Source of the DNA: Candidatus Kaiserbacteria bacterium
Lineage (GTDB): Bacteria; Patescibacteriota; Minisyncoccia; Phycocordibacterales; UBA2100
Assembly (NCBI GenBank): GCA_028286865.1
Contig: JAQBQU010000006.1
Span: 2,639-66,638 of the forward strand
Reading direction: 5' to 3'
DNA length: 64,000 nucleotides
Position 1 is the first letter of the stretch; every line of letters begins with the position of its first letter. Shown here in pieces: positions 8,713 through 17,475 of the stretch. A program made the translations under genes and the position numbers. The notes under the pieces are model-generated. The model did no database searches. It saw nothing but the letters and a program-made list of their open reading frames with translations, and was not told the origin of the DNA.

Positions 8713-9648
8713 ATGATATACGACCTTATTATCGTGGGTGGTGGACCGGCAGGAGCGTCGGCGGCCGTCTACGCTGCCCGCAAGCGCCTTAAGACACTTA
8801 TGGTGCTCGAGGAATGGGGTGGGCAGAGCAATGTGTCCGAAAATATCCAGAACTGGATCGGGACCCCGAGCATTTCCGGAGCTGAACTCGCCAAAGCGCT
8901 TAAAGCCCATGTGAACGCGTATGCGGGAGAATACCTCGAGATCCGCACGCCTTTGCGTGCGACCGCTGTGACACCGAACGAAGGTTCGATCTCCGTGACC
9001 CTCTCAAATGCCGAGACCGTCGAAGGTCTCGCACTCTTCGTCGCAACGGGCGCGAATCGCCGTAAGCTTCCGGCTCTCGGGGCCGATGAATTCGAGCATA
9101 AGGGGCTGACCTACTGCGCATCATGCGACGGGCCGCTTTTTGCGGATCAGGATGTCGTCGTAATAGGAGGCGGCAACGCCGCCTTTGAGACCGCGCTGCA
9201 GCTCCTCGCGTACTGCAAGACCGTATCGCTTATCAACCGCTCCGAGGAGTTTCGTGCCGACGAGATCACGGTCGCTGCCGCAAAGATGAATCCGAAAATG
9301 CGCATCATCACCAACGCCGAAACGACCGCGGTGGTCGGCGAAAAATTCGTGAATGGTTTGACCTACAAAGACCTCAAGACCAATACGGAAACGACGCTTC
9401 CCGTGACCGGCATATTCGTGGAGATCGGACTTATTCCGAATTCCGCCTGGCTCGGAACTACGGTGGCACTGACGCAGACCCAGCAGATCGTCGTCGATCC
9501 GCTGACCCAGCGCACCTCGCATCCGCGCATCTGGGCGGCGGGAGATATCACCGACGGTATCTATCACCAGAACAACATCGCCTCCGGTGACGCCGTGAAG
9601 GCGCTCGAAGACATCTACGTAGCGGTACGCAAGAATAAGGCGGCATAA
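8713..9648 (+). CDS. trxB: Thioredoxin-disulfide reductase
   Basis: DLIIVGGGPAGASAAVYAAR FAD motif, redox-active CASCDG, and VIGGGNAAFETA NADPH motif. Confidence 0.9.
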   Translation: MIYDLIIVGGGPAGASAAVYAARKRLKTLMVLEEWGGQSNVSENIQNWIGTPSISGAELAKALKAHVNAYAGEYLEIRTPLRATAVTPNEGSISVTLSNAETVEGLALFVATGANRRKLPALGADEFEHKGLTYCASCDGPLFADQDVVVIGGGNAAFETALQLLAYCKTVSLINRSEEFRADEITVAAAKMNPKMRIITNAETTAVVGEKFVNGLTYKDLKTNTETTLPVTGIFVEIGLIPNSAWLGTTVALTQTQQIVVDPLTQRTSHPRIWAAGDITDGIYHQNNIASGDAVKALEDIYVAVRKNKAA

Positions 9649-9659
9649 GATATGAAATA

Positions 9660-9687
9660 AAAACGGCCGGCGGAAGCCGGCCGTTTT
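9660..9687. terminator. Bidirectional terminator
   Basis: AAAACGGCCGGC-ggaa-GCCGGCCGTTTT perfect hairpin between convergent trxB and the cupredoxin-like gene. Confidence 0.8.
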
Positions 9688-9704
9688 TATTATTAGGCCC
9701 TGAC

Positions 9705-10253
9705 CTACTGGACGATAATCGTTCCGGCGATCGCATCGACCATATGATTGTGATATCCGAAGGTGCCGGCCTTATTGAAGACCATCGAAAAGGTAGCGCC
9801 CGGTGCACATTGGTCGAAGGGAGCTGCCCCTGCATAGCCCGGTGCGCAATGCGCGCTGCGCGATGTACCGTCGTAGCTCGTATGCGTGGGATGCGGATCG
9901 GATGCGACCCACATGCTGCCCGCGGTGCTCATAAAGGTCACCGTGCCGCCCTTGGCGATAGTGACCGTCGCGGGCGAGAATGACTTGCCGTTGTAGGTCA
10001 CTGTGGCCGACATCGGTGCACCGGTGGCGGTTGCGCCGGTAGAAACGGTCGCCTCGACCGCCGTATTGGCATCCGGTCCCGCGTCGTTCACGTCGGTCGG
10101 TGTCTGGCCATTCGTATTCGCTGTCATTGCAGCACCGTTAGCATCCGTAGTATTCGCCGGTGCGCTTGAGGTGTTCTGCCATACTAAGTAGCCGCCGACA
10201 ATCAGAACGATCGCACCGATAAGCCACCAGATCCATGTATTGTTGTTATTCAT
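9705..10253 (-). CDS. Membrane-anchored cupredoxin-like domain protein
   Basis: N-terminal TM (WIWWLIGAIVLIVGGYLVW), T/A/N-rich linker, and a C-terminal beta-rich domain (TVTIAKGGTVTFMS..GTFGYHNHMVDAIAGTIIVQ) resembling plastocyanin-type folds. Confidence 0.5.
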   Translation of the reverse strand: MNNNNTWIWWLIGAIVLIVGGYLVWQNTSSAPANTTDANGAAMTANTNGQTPTDVNDAGPDANTAVEATVSTGATATGAPMSATVTYNGKSFSPATVTIAKGGTVTFMSTAGSMWVASDPHPTHTSYDGTSRSAHCAPGYAGAAPFDQCAPGATFSMVFNKAGTFGYHNHMVDAIAGTIIVQ

Positions 10254-10313
10254 AGTGATTTTTTAGACCCCTTAATATAGGTCCATTATAGCATTTTGGG
10301 TACTTCTCAAATG

Positions 10314-10934
10314 CTACTTCTTGGAGAGAAATTCCTTGCCGTGCCCGACGTCGGTGTTCACCGGAATGTCCGCTTGGCAGAGTTCACACTCCGCCTGCGG
10401 CCACTGTTCAAGATGCACATTGAGAAGTGAGATGAAGGTCGGCGGATTGCCTATCATGTCTGCGGTCACCCCGCCGCGATTTACGACCGCGACCGCTCCG
10501 GCCACCGTGCCGCCCACGCGCTGCGCTTCGGCAATGACCTTCTTGAGCGAGCCGCCGGTCGTGACCAGGTCCTCCACCACGAGTACGGTGTGATTCTTGA
10601 CGATGTCTTCGTAGCCGCGTTTGATGACAAATCCCTCTCCGTCCTTGTCCGCATAGACGCTGTACACGTCCTTGCCCTCGATCTGTGAGAGATGATGCGC
10701 CACCCACTGCGAGAGGATGATGCCGCCGGTCGATGGACCGACCACGACATCGATATTTTGACCCTTGAACTTGTTGGCGATATCGAGGCAGATCTTCGAT
10801 ATCTCGCCGGTATATGGATAGACCGCGTTCTTATTGATATAGGTATCGGCGTGCAGGCCCGAGACGAATACGAAGTGGCCGGCACGGAAGCCGCCGACCT
10901 TCTGATAAATATCGAGTATCTCTGATTCGTTCAT
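10314..10934 (-). CDS. pyrE: Orotate phosphoribosyltransferase
   Basis: PRPP-binding loop VLVVEDLVTTGGSLKKVI, type I PRTase length, adjacent to pyrF. Confidence 0.85.
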   Translation of the reverse strand: MNESEILDIYQKVGGFRAGHFVFVSGLHADTYINKNAVYPYTGEISKICLDIANKFKGQNIDVVVGPSTGGIILSQWVAHHLSQIEGKDVYSVYADKDGEGFVIKRGYEDIVKNHTVLVVEDLVTTGGSLKKVIAEAQRVGGTVAGAVAVVNRGGVTADMIGNPPTFISLLNVHLEQWPQAECELCQADIPVNTDVGHGKEFLSKK

Positions 10935-10943
10935 GGGATTATT

Positions 10944-11783
10944 TTACAGTACCGCGCGGATTGCGCTATCGGTCCTGAGCGCTTCGGCACGAGCCGCCTC
11001 CGCGAAGTCGGGACCGGAGGATGCGTAGATGATGGCGCGCGAGCTCGATATGATGAAACCTCTGCCGCGCGCATCCTTGCCGGCAAGTACGGTTTTCTCC
11101 AGATCGCCTCCCTGAGCACCTACTCCCGGGATAAGGATGGGCATGTCACCCACGACTGCGCGTACGCGCCGCAGCTCATCGGGATATGTTGCCCCCACCA
11201 CCAATGCGCAGTTCTTGTTCGTGTTCCACTTATCGGACACCAGACGCGCGACGCGGATAAAAAGCGGCTCGCCGTCGACGATAAGGTCCTGCAGCTCTCC
11301 CGAACCCTCGTTCGAGGTGCGGCACAAGACGATAATGCCCTTATTCGCTTGCGAGAGAAACGGCTCAAGCGCTTCCGAGCCGAGGTACGGCTGGACGGTG
11401 ATGGCGTCGGAGCGCATATGCTTGAATGAGCCCATGACGTAGCCCTCGTTGGATGACCCGATATCGGCGCGCTTGGCGTCGAGAATGACGGGGAGATCGA
11501 GCGCCTGCTCATGGACATATTCCACGGTCTCCCGAAGCGCCGCCCAGCCTTCGTCGCCGTGTGCCTCGTAGAACGCAGCATTTACCTTATATGCGCCCGC
11601 GACATCCTTCGTCGCATCGATGAGCGCACGATTGAAGGCGGTGATGGTCTCGCGGGTACTCGGGCGCTGTATCGACCGGGGGATCTTCTCGAGCGACGGG
11701 TCGAGACCGATGCAAAGAAACTTCTGTTTGTCCCATTGTGCCTCGAGAAGTGCCCGAAAATTCCGTTCCATAATCGAGTGCAT
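10944..11783 (-). CDS. pyrF: Orotidine-5'-phosphate decarboxylase (long/type 2 form)
   Basis: FLCIGLDP, VILDAKRADIGSSN and ILIPGVGAQGGD motifs. Confidence 0.85.
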   Translation of the reverse strand: MHSIMERNFRALLEAQWDKQKFLCIGLDPSLEKIPRSIQRPSTRETITAFNRALIDATKDVAGAYKVNAAFYEAHGDEGWAALRETVEYVHEQALDLPVILDAKRADIGSSNEGYVMGSFKHMRSDAITVQPYLGSEALEPFLSQANKGIIVLCRTSNEGSGELQDLIVDGEPLFIRVARLVSDKWNTNKNCALVVGATYPDELRRVRAVVGDMPILIPGVGAQGGDLEKTVLAGKDARGRGFIISSSRAIIYASSGPDFAEAARAEALRTDSAIRAVL

Positions 11784-11983
11784 AGTAGCATATACTCCTC
11801 CCTTTTCGTGCTACGATTTTCGTATGAGAACCTTCGCCATAGCACTCCTTTTTATCGTGATGGTGGGCATATTTATGGCTCCAAACGCCCCTTCCACGAA
11901 GCAGTCGCAGACCGCATCCGTACAAGTATCACTTCATTCTTCCCCGCCGTATCCGCCGGTCCGCTGACGCTTTTCTATATACG

Positions 11984-12775
11984 CTAGATCTCTTCGATCA
12001 TAGTCGCGCTGATGATGCCGACGATGTCGTACTTTTGCCACGCGGTGCTGTTGAGCTGATCGGTCGGAACCATCACACCTTGAACGCGAATATGTGATCC
12101 CGTTGGGAGTCCCATCCAGGTATTGCTCGACATGAGTCCGGTATCGATAGAATAGTATTCACCTCGTGTGTCCTCCTTGAGTCCGAGTGCGCATTCCATT
12201 GTCTGCGGTCCACTTTGATCGCGATGCGGCAGGCATGTGTATACGCCGAGGATGACCTGCTGATGCGGTATCTCGGAGTATGCGCCTTTTTCTGCGCTCG
12301 TGATGAGCCACGCATTTGCTGCCTTGTTCAACGTGAGCGTGATGGGGTACGTCGCAACGATATCAGTGCTCCCGCTTGAGCCGTTGACCACTTCTACGAC
12401 GACACCGCGCACAAGATACGTTCCGTCTGCCTGTGGTTCCGCCGTGTGCACTTGTATGCGATCAGGCCACGGGCTCGAGGTCGTGCGGCCGAGCGCATTC
12501 TCAGGATCGGCTTCCCATTGAACGAGTAATTGCGGTGATACATATGCCGCATATTCACGGTCCATTGCAGCCTTCACATCTGCTGCCGGTGCCAAGAGAG
12601 AGACCTTCTGCAACTTCGAACCGAACGCTTCTACCGTCTCCGCGACGGCCGGATCCATAACGGGGCTCGCAACAGAGACCGACCGGTCATGCTTGCTCGT
12701 CTGTACCATGGCCAAAAGCACCCACGCGATCAACATGAGCGGAATAAGGAGAAGTACAAGGTACCGGGTACGCAT
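11984..12775 (-). CDS. Hypothetical membrane-anchored/secreted protein
   Basis: N-terminal TM or signal sequence (YLVLLLIPLMLIAWVLLAMV). Clean 263-aa ORF, no family recognised. Confidence 0.5.
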   Translation of the reverse strand: MRTRYLVLLLIPLMLIAWVLLAMVQTSKHDRSVSVASPVMDPAVAETVEAFGSKLQKVSLLAPAADVKAAMDREYAAYVSPQLLVQWEADPENALGRTTSSPWPDRIQVHTAEPQADGTYLVRGVVVEVVNGSSGSTDIVATYPITLTLNKAANAWLITSAEKGAYSEIPHQQVILGVYTCLPHRDQSGPQTMECALGLKEDTRGEYYSIDTGLMSSNTWMGLPTGSHIRVQGVMVPTDQLNSTAWQKYDIVGIISATMIEEI

Positions 12776-12805
12776 ACGGCCATTATACCAAGGCGTATGG
12801 AGCTG

Positions 12806-13270
12806 CTATGAAAGCTCTTCGGTGATGTATCTGAAGTGCTTTTCCGAGACCGGTTGTACCGAGAGCCGGGCACGGCGGCGAAGCATCATTCCTTCGAGCG
12901 CAGGATCGTTCTTGATCTCAGCGAGTGTTACGCAGTGCTTGAGCTTCTTCACGAATGCGATGTCCACGAGCATCCAGGTCGGATCTTCCTTCTTGGATTT
13001 TTCGTCAAAATAGTAGTGCGACCTGTCGAACTGCGTCGGATCGGCATACGACTTACTTACCACTTTGGCTACCCCGACGACACCCGTCGGCTCGCTGTTG
13101 GAATGATAGAAAAGGCAGAGGTCGCCCACCTGCATACTGTCGCGCATGAAATTGCGCGATTGGTAATTGCGTATGCCCGTCCAAGCGGTCTTTTTGTCAC
13201 GCTTGAGGTCGTCGATCGAATATCCCGCTTCTTCTGATTTCAGGAGCCAGTAATTCTTCTCTGCTTTCAT
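12806..13270 (-). CDS. EVE (PUA-like) domain protein
   Basis: NYWLLKSEE..TAWTGIRNYQSRNFMRDSMQVGDLCLFYHSN is the canonical EVE/DUF55 N-terminal pattern. Start taken at the ATG at 13270. Confidence 0.8.
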   Translation of the reverse strand: MKAEKNYWLLKSEEAGYSIDDLKRDKKTAWTGIRNYQSRNFMRDSMQVGDLCLFYHSNSEPTGVVGVAKVVSKSYADPTQFDRSHYYFDEKSKKEDPTWMLVDIAFVKKLKHCVTLAEIKNDPALEGMMLRRRARLSVQPVSEKHFRYITEELS

Positions 13271-13346
13271 AACGAGATAGTACACGAGGCATATAAAAGA
13301 AAAAGGGAGCCAACGCGGCCCCCTTTGATCGCACCGATTGATGTGC

Positions 13347-14342
13347 CTATTCCTGGATAATGCCCAGGTGCTCGTCGAGATAGTCTTCGATCCGCATACC
13401 GGTGAGGCGGAAGAAGATCGCCCGGTACAGCGCCGTGGTCGATTCGATCAGCTCACGCGGCACTTCGAGCCGATGCACTCGCTCCACATCCGCGGGGTTT
13501 TTGGGATCGAACTTTTTGGTATCGTTGAGCCCCAGTTTCTTGCCCCATTCGCGAACATGCTGTTTGTCGAACGGCGCCGGCGCTTTCCGTACGCTCAATT
13601 GCCTACTGGCTTCCCATTCGCGCAGATCCCAGAACCGACTGGAGTCCGGTGTGCCGACCTCATCGCCGAGGGTAAGTCGCCCTGCGCCGTCGAGCCCCAT
13701 TTCGAACTTAGAGTCGGCGAAGAAAATGCCTTTCGTTCTGGCGAAGCCGGAGATGATCTGCATGACCTGGATCAACAGCAAGGTTTGCTGCGGATACTTC
13801 TCACGCATCTTCATCGCATCAAGCGGCTCGTCATGTCCGATGTCTGCCTTTGTGCTCGGGGTATCAAGGATGTACGGCAAGAGATCGCCGTCCTGCAGTC
13901 CCGATGGAAGCAGCAACCCATTGACGGTGCCGTGCTTTAAGTACTCGGTGAGTCCCGATCCCGTTAGAGCAACACGACCGATAAACTCAGCGTTGTTCAT
14001 ATCGAGGTCGCTCACCACCATTGTGCGCGCTTGCAGTGCCGGATTATTCCGAAGATGCTCCGGAATGTGCTCGTCGATCTCAGCGCCAGCGGCGATGAAA
14101 TGAGTTCGAGTTCCGAACTGCGCAAGATGCATGAGCCAAAAATGGGTCATGGCCATCAGGATCGTTCCCTTCTGAGGAACGACCGCATTGAGAACGAAGT
14201 CGAAGATACTAATGCCGTCGGTGCAGTAGATCAGGCGTTTGCCGACGGTGAGACCATAACTGTCGCGGACCTTGCCGCGGCCCAAGAGTGGAAGACCCTC
14301 TAGTGTGGGCACAGCAGCGCGAATCGGTGACAAAAGCGGCAT
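13347..14342 (-). CDS. purC: SAICAR synthetase (phosphoribosylaminoimidazole-succinocarboxamide synthase), long form
   Basis: GRGKVRDSY near the N-terminus, IFFADSKFEMGLD..LGDEVGTPDSSRFWD core, and FDKQHVREW. Confidence 0.85.
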   Translation of the reverse strand: MPLLSPIRAAVPTLEGLPLLGRGKVRDSYGLTVGKRLIYCTDGISIFDFVLNAVVPQKGTILMAMTHFWLMHLAQFGTRTHFIAAGAEIDEHIPEHLRNNPALQARTMVVSDLDMNNAEFIGRVALTGSGLTEYLKHGTVNGLLLPSGLQDGDLLPYILDTPSTKADIGHDEPLDAMKMREKYPQQTLLLIQVMQIISGFARTKGIFFADSKFEMGLDGAGRLTLGDEVGTPDSSRFWDLREWEASRQLSVRKAPAPFDKQHVREWGKKLGLNDTKKFDPKNPADVERVHRLEVPRELIESTTALYRAIFFRLTGMRIEDYLDEHLGIIQE

Positions 14343-14431
14343 GGGAATCCCCCTTGGATGCCTGGTTGAATCAAATAGCTGTCGTCCGAAATCACCCTAC
14401 CTCAGTTCAATTGGCGGGTAAAGCCTGAAAT

Positions 14432-14860
14432 TTACCGATTATTTTCGTCAAATTGCACCATCCATTCGATGCCGTATTTGTCTCTGAACATCGCAAAATA
14501 GGTGCCCCACGGACTGTCGCCGATCGGCATTTCTACGTTTCCGCCCGCTGAGAGCCCGTTGAATATCCGGTCAGCTTCTTCTTTGCTATCTGCACTGACT
14601 GAGATCTTGCTTCTGTTTTCGTTCTCATTGGTTCTGCCCATGATCTCCGGTACGTCGTTGCCCATCAGAAGGTTTGGGCCGATAGGCAAAGCGATATGCA
14701 TTATTTTATTTGCCTCGTTTTCTGAGATGTGAATTCCAGGACTTGGGAGGTCTTTGAAACGGGAGATACTTGTAAATTCTCCTCCAAATACCGATCTATA
14801 AAAATTGAACGCTTCTTCGGCATTGCCGTTGAAATTGATGTAGGGATTTATTGTTGCCAT
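14432..14860 (-). CDS. VOC/glyoxalase-fold protein (PhnB-like)
   Basis: MATINPYINFNGNAEEAFNFYRSVFGG.. and ..PWGTYFAMFRDKYGIEWMV are typical of PhnB-like VOC proteins. The gene is visibly more AT-rich than its neighbours. Confidence 0.75.
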   Translation of the reverse strand: MATINPYINFNGNAEEAFNFYRSVFGGEFTSISRFKDLPSPGIHISENEANKIMHIALPIGPNLLMGNDVPEIMGRTNENENRSKISVSADSKEEADRIFNGLSAGGNVEMPIGDSPWGTYFAMFRDKYGIEWMVQFDENNR

Positions 14861-14878
14861 AATTTGTTTGATTCGCTG

Positions 14879-15361
14879 CTAGCCGCGTCGCGCTGCCTCA
14901 ATGGCCGCAACATCGATCTTCTTCATTTTCATCATCGCCTCGAACGCGCGTTTTGCTTCGTCACCACCGGACGCCATTGCCTCGGTCAGGACCCGCGGCG
15001 TGATCTGCCAGGACACTCCCCACTTGTCTCTGCACCAGCCGCACTGGCTTTCTTCGCCGCCATTTTCGACGATCGCGTTCCAGTAGCGATCGGTCTCCTC
15101 TTGATCATCCGTCGCTATCTGAAAGGAAAAGGCTTCGCTCTGTTTGAAGGCCGAACCGCCGTTTATCGCGACGCATGGTATGCCGACGACCGTAAACTCT
15201 ACGGTCAGCGCGTCACCCTTTTTACCACCCGGGAAGTCAGAAGGTGCGTGCTGAATAGCACCTACTTTGCTATCGGGGAACGTGGCTGCATAAAATTCCG
15301 CGGCGGCCTGGGCGTCCTTTTCGTACCAGATACAAACTGTATTTTTAGGTTGTGTATTCAT
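14879..15361 (-). CDS. VOC-fold protein (3-demethylubiquinone-9 methyltransferase-like/PhnB family)
   Basis: Start at the ATG at 15361 (MNTQPKNTVCIWYEKDAQAAAEFYAATFPDS..). CGWCRDKWGVSWQITP is characteristic. The ORF-track N-terminal extension runs through hairpins and the tRNA, so I reject it. Confidence 0.75.
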   Translation of the reverse strand: MNTQPKNTVCIWYEKDAQAAAEFYAATFPDSKVGAIQHAPSDFPGGKKGDALTVEFTVVGIPCVAINGGSAFKQSEAFSFQIATDDQEETDRYWNAIVENGGEESQCGWCRDKWGVSWQITPRVLTEAMASGGDEAKRAFEAMMKMKKIDVAAIEAARRG

Positions 15362-15429
15362 ATATCTCACCATACCATTTTTGGGACTGTAGAAAAGGTG
15401 AAGATTCGGCCAAGAGCTCGTAGGTCGTT

Positions 15430-15516
15430 GGAGAGATTCAGTCACGCATACTTTTCTGCTGAAAAGTTGCTCGACCCCGCCTCGGCGCCGAACGCCTCCG
15501 GCCTTCGAATCTCTCC
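15430..15516 (-). repeat. Nested-hairpin element, copy C (inverted relative to A/B/D)
   Basis: Outer stem GGAGAGATTC/GAATCTCTCC. On the minus strand it reads CCGGA GGCG-ttcgg-CGCC GAGG ... CTTTTC-AGCA-GAAAAG. Confidence 0.6.
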
Positions 15517-15557
15517 GCGTTCTTTCTCTGAAAGAACCGCGCCGTACACGGCATGCT

Positions 15558-15592
15558 CCGCAAAATAAGTTGCGGATCTCCTTATTTTGCGG
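15558..15592 (-). other. 12-bp hairpin abutting the tRNA-Ser 3' end (processing or termination signal?)
   Basis: CCGCAAAATAAG-N11-CTTATTTTGCGG perfect inverted repeat. One arm overlaps the last 3 nt of the tRNA. No U-tail. Confidence 0.4.
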
Positions 15593-15674
15593 AGGCGGAG
15601 AGATTCGAACTCTCGGTGCCTTGCGGCACGCACGCTTTCCAAGCGTGTGCACTAGACCACTATGCGACGCCTCC
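15590..15674 (-). tRNA. tRNA-Ser (anticodon GGA), type II with long variable arm, no encoded CCA
   Basis: Folded by hand. Acceptor GGAGGCG/CGCCTCC, discriminator G. D arm GCAT-AGTGGTCTA-GTGC. Anticodon arm CACGC-TTGGAAA-GCGTG. Variable arm GTGCC-gcaa-GGCAC. T arm GAGAG-TTCGAAT-CTCTC. Total 85 nt. Confidence 0.9.
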
Positions 15675-15737
15675 GTGTGTTCTATACTGCTCTAATATCG
15701 ATCTTTTCTCAAGGTATCCTGCTGGATGTTTTAGATG

Positions 15738-15926
15738 CTACTCCCGCTTCATGGCCGAAGATCTGTCCGGAAACGATTCCTTATGCACGATTCTCCAGGG
15801 CCTATATCGATTGGTTGAAATCGTGTGACCAGCATTGTGCTGCGCAAGTCGCTTCTCTATATCTGACGTACACCCGATATAGAAATGCTGTTTATCGATG
15901 CTTTGCAAAATGTATACGAAGTGCAT
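15738..15926 (-). pseudogene. GIY-YIG nuclease-family ORF, apparently truncated by an in-frame TAG
   Basis: MHFVYILQSIDKQHFYIGCTSDIEKRLAQHNAG..AMKRE, then TAG. The same frame stays open for 25 more codons (HLKHPAGYLEKRSILEQYRTHGGVA), resembling the usual C-terminal ..REK.LK...G... tail, and ends inside the tRNA. Confidence 0.55.
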
Positions 15927-15931
15927 ATTCG

Positions 15932-15975
15932 TAGACCACTACCCCGAAGGGGACCCTTTGGGTTGCGACGCCTCC
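15932..15975 (-). repeat. Partial duplicate of the tRNA-Ser 5' end (positions 1-22), interrupted by a 22-nt insert
   Basis: 15964-15975 equals 15663-15674 (tgcgacgcctcc) and 15932-15941 equals 15653-15662 (tagaccacta). The insert at 15942-15963, ccccgaaggggaccctttgggt, forms two mini-hairpins. Confidence 0.8.
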
Positions 15976-16020
15976 GTCTGCGGTGTGAGTATACTTCACG
16001 AAAAGGGCTATTAAAAGAGT

Positions 16021-16044
16021 GGCGGCCGCATGAGTGCGGCCGCC
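16021..16044 (-). terminator. Terminator hairpin downstream of the 16050-16532 ORF
   Basis: GGCGGCCGCA-tgag-TGCGGCCGCC. On the minus strand it is followed by ACTCTTTTAAT. Confidence 0.6.
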
Positions 16045-16049
16045 CTGAT

Positions 16050-16532
16050 TCAATTCAGCACCTCCTGGATGTCGTCGATGAGCGCGGTCAGCGAGCTATT
16101 TATCCGCTTCAGCGATGATTGGGCCTGACTGAATGTTCCGTCCACGTTATTGCAGAACTCCTTGTATGGCTCACTTGCTCCCGCGAGGCATGAGTACTGG
16201 GGGATCGCGCATGAGGCCTGGAGGCCCTCTACCTGCAACTGATGCTGCTGAACGATCACGAGCAGTGAGCTGATCGATGTTCGAACACGTTCGACATGTG
16301 CCCGCTCGTCGGGAGTGAGACATGGCTTCTCCGGGTCCGGATCGGCCTGCTTTCGACCGACGCTGTGAGTCGGATAGTTCGGCAGCTGTGCTTTAGCGAT
16401 ATGCGAAGAACTGACAGTCGCTCCCGCGTTCGGTTGCGGGTCGAAGATACCCACTACTTCTGCCGGGCCATCGACCGCGCGGCGCATCGGTTTGCCCCGA
16501 TGATCGGAGAGTTTTGTGACTTCGTCGGCCAT
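16050..16532 (-). CDS. Hypothetical protein (160 aa)
   Basis: Clean ORF with its own terminator. Disordered N-half, Cys-containing helical C-half. No family recognised. Confidence 0.5.
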   Translation of the reverse strand: MADEVTKLSDHRGKPMRRAVDGPAEVVGIFDPQPNAGATVSSSHIAKAQLPNYPTHSVGRKQADPDPEKPCLTPDERAHVERVRTSISSLLVIVQQHQLQVEGLQASCAIPQYSCLAGASEPYKEFCNNVDGTFSQAQSSLKRINSSLTALIDDIQEVLN

Positions 16533-16565
16533 GACGGCCTCCTGTCTGATCTGATCCTTCCAATA

Positions 16566-17459
16566 CTATATATCCATTCCCTCAAGTGCTGCAATGCGCG
16601 CGGCGATCGGCGGGTGCGTAGAGAAGAGCTTGGTGAACCACTGCCCTGCTTCGTGACTGCCGAAAGGATTTGAGATGAAAAGATGCGCGGTCGTCGTCGA
16701 TGCGCGCTGCATGGGGGCCGCATATGAGCCGAGCTTCTGGAGGGCCGATTCAAGCCCTTCGGGATAGCGCGTGAGGAGCGCTCCGGATGCATCAGCCAAG
16801 AATTCGCGCTTACGCGAGATCGCGAGCTGGATGAGCTGTGCCGCGATGGGTGCCAGTATGATCGATGCGATGAATCCGACGAGAATGAGCGGATTATTGC
16901 CGCGCTCGCGCCGGTCACCGCCGAAGTAGCTCATGCGTATCGCGATATTGGCGAACATGGATATGACGCCGACAAGCACGACCGCGACCGTCATCACGAG
17001 AATATCGCGATTGCCCACGTGAGAGAGCTCGTGCGCGATCACGCCCTCGAGCTCTGTCTTGCTCATCATGCTCAAAAGTCCGGTCGTGACCGCGATCACC
17101 GCGTGCTTTTCATTGCGCCCGGTCGCAAAGGCATTCGGAGCAGGATCGTTGATGATGTAGACGCGCGGCTTAGCCAGCCCTGCGGTGATAGCGAGATTCT
17201 CGACGATGCGATGCAGCTCGATGTATTGCACCGGGTCCGCCGGGTATGCTCCCGTACTTGCGATGGCCACTTTGTCGGAGAACCAGTACGCGCCGATATT
17301 CATGAGCACTGCGATGCCCGTCGCCGCATAGAGTATTGATGCGTCTCCGCAGTATTGCGACGCGATGAATCCAACAAGGATCACAAGAATGAAAAAGACA
17401 CCCATGAGGGTCCAGGTGCGTAAGACATTTCTGCTTTGCTGCGTATAGAGTGAGGCCAT
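16566..17459 (-). CDS. htpX: Zinc metalloprotease HtpX (M48 family)
   Basis: Start at the ATG at 17459 (MASLYTQQSRNVLRTW..). HELSHV zinc motif, four TM segments, and C-terminal STHPPIAARIAAL. Confidence 0.9.
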   Translation of the reverse strand: MASLYTQQSRNVLRTWTLMGVFFILVILVGFIASQYCGDASILYAATGIAVLMNIGAYWFSDKVAIASTGAYPADPVQYIELHRIVENLAITAGLAKPRVYIINDPAPNAFATGRNEKHAVIAVTTGLLSMMSKTELEGVIAHELSHVGNRDILVMTVAVVLVGVISMFANIAIRMSYFGGDRRERGNNPLILVGFIASIILAPIAAQLIQLAISRKREFLADASGALLTRYPEGLESALQKLGSYAAPMQRASTTTAHLFISNPFGSHEAGQWFTKLFSTHPPIAARIAALEGMDI

Positions 17460-17475
17460 GCCCTCAGTATACCTT

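Noticed and set aside
11824-11967. 47-aa plus-strand ORF (MRTFAIALLFIVMVGIFMAPN..) between pyrF and the 11984-12775 gene
   Set aside because: It starts hydrophobic, but there is no SD, no recognisable family and no terminator. That is not enough evidence to call it.
14729-15568. 279-aa plus-strand ORF spanning both VOC genes and the hairpin region
   Set aside because: It is antisense to two recognisable VOC-fold genes, crosses the structured intergenic region, and has junk-like composition.
15738-15740. Considered TAG reassignment or readthrough to explain the in-frame stop in the GIY-YIG ORF
   Set aside because: TAG appears as the ordinary stop of several well-defined genes here, including rnj and nth, so standard code 11 fits. 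A nonsense mutation is the simpler explanation.
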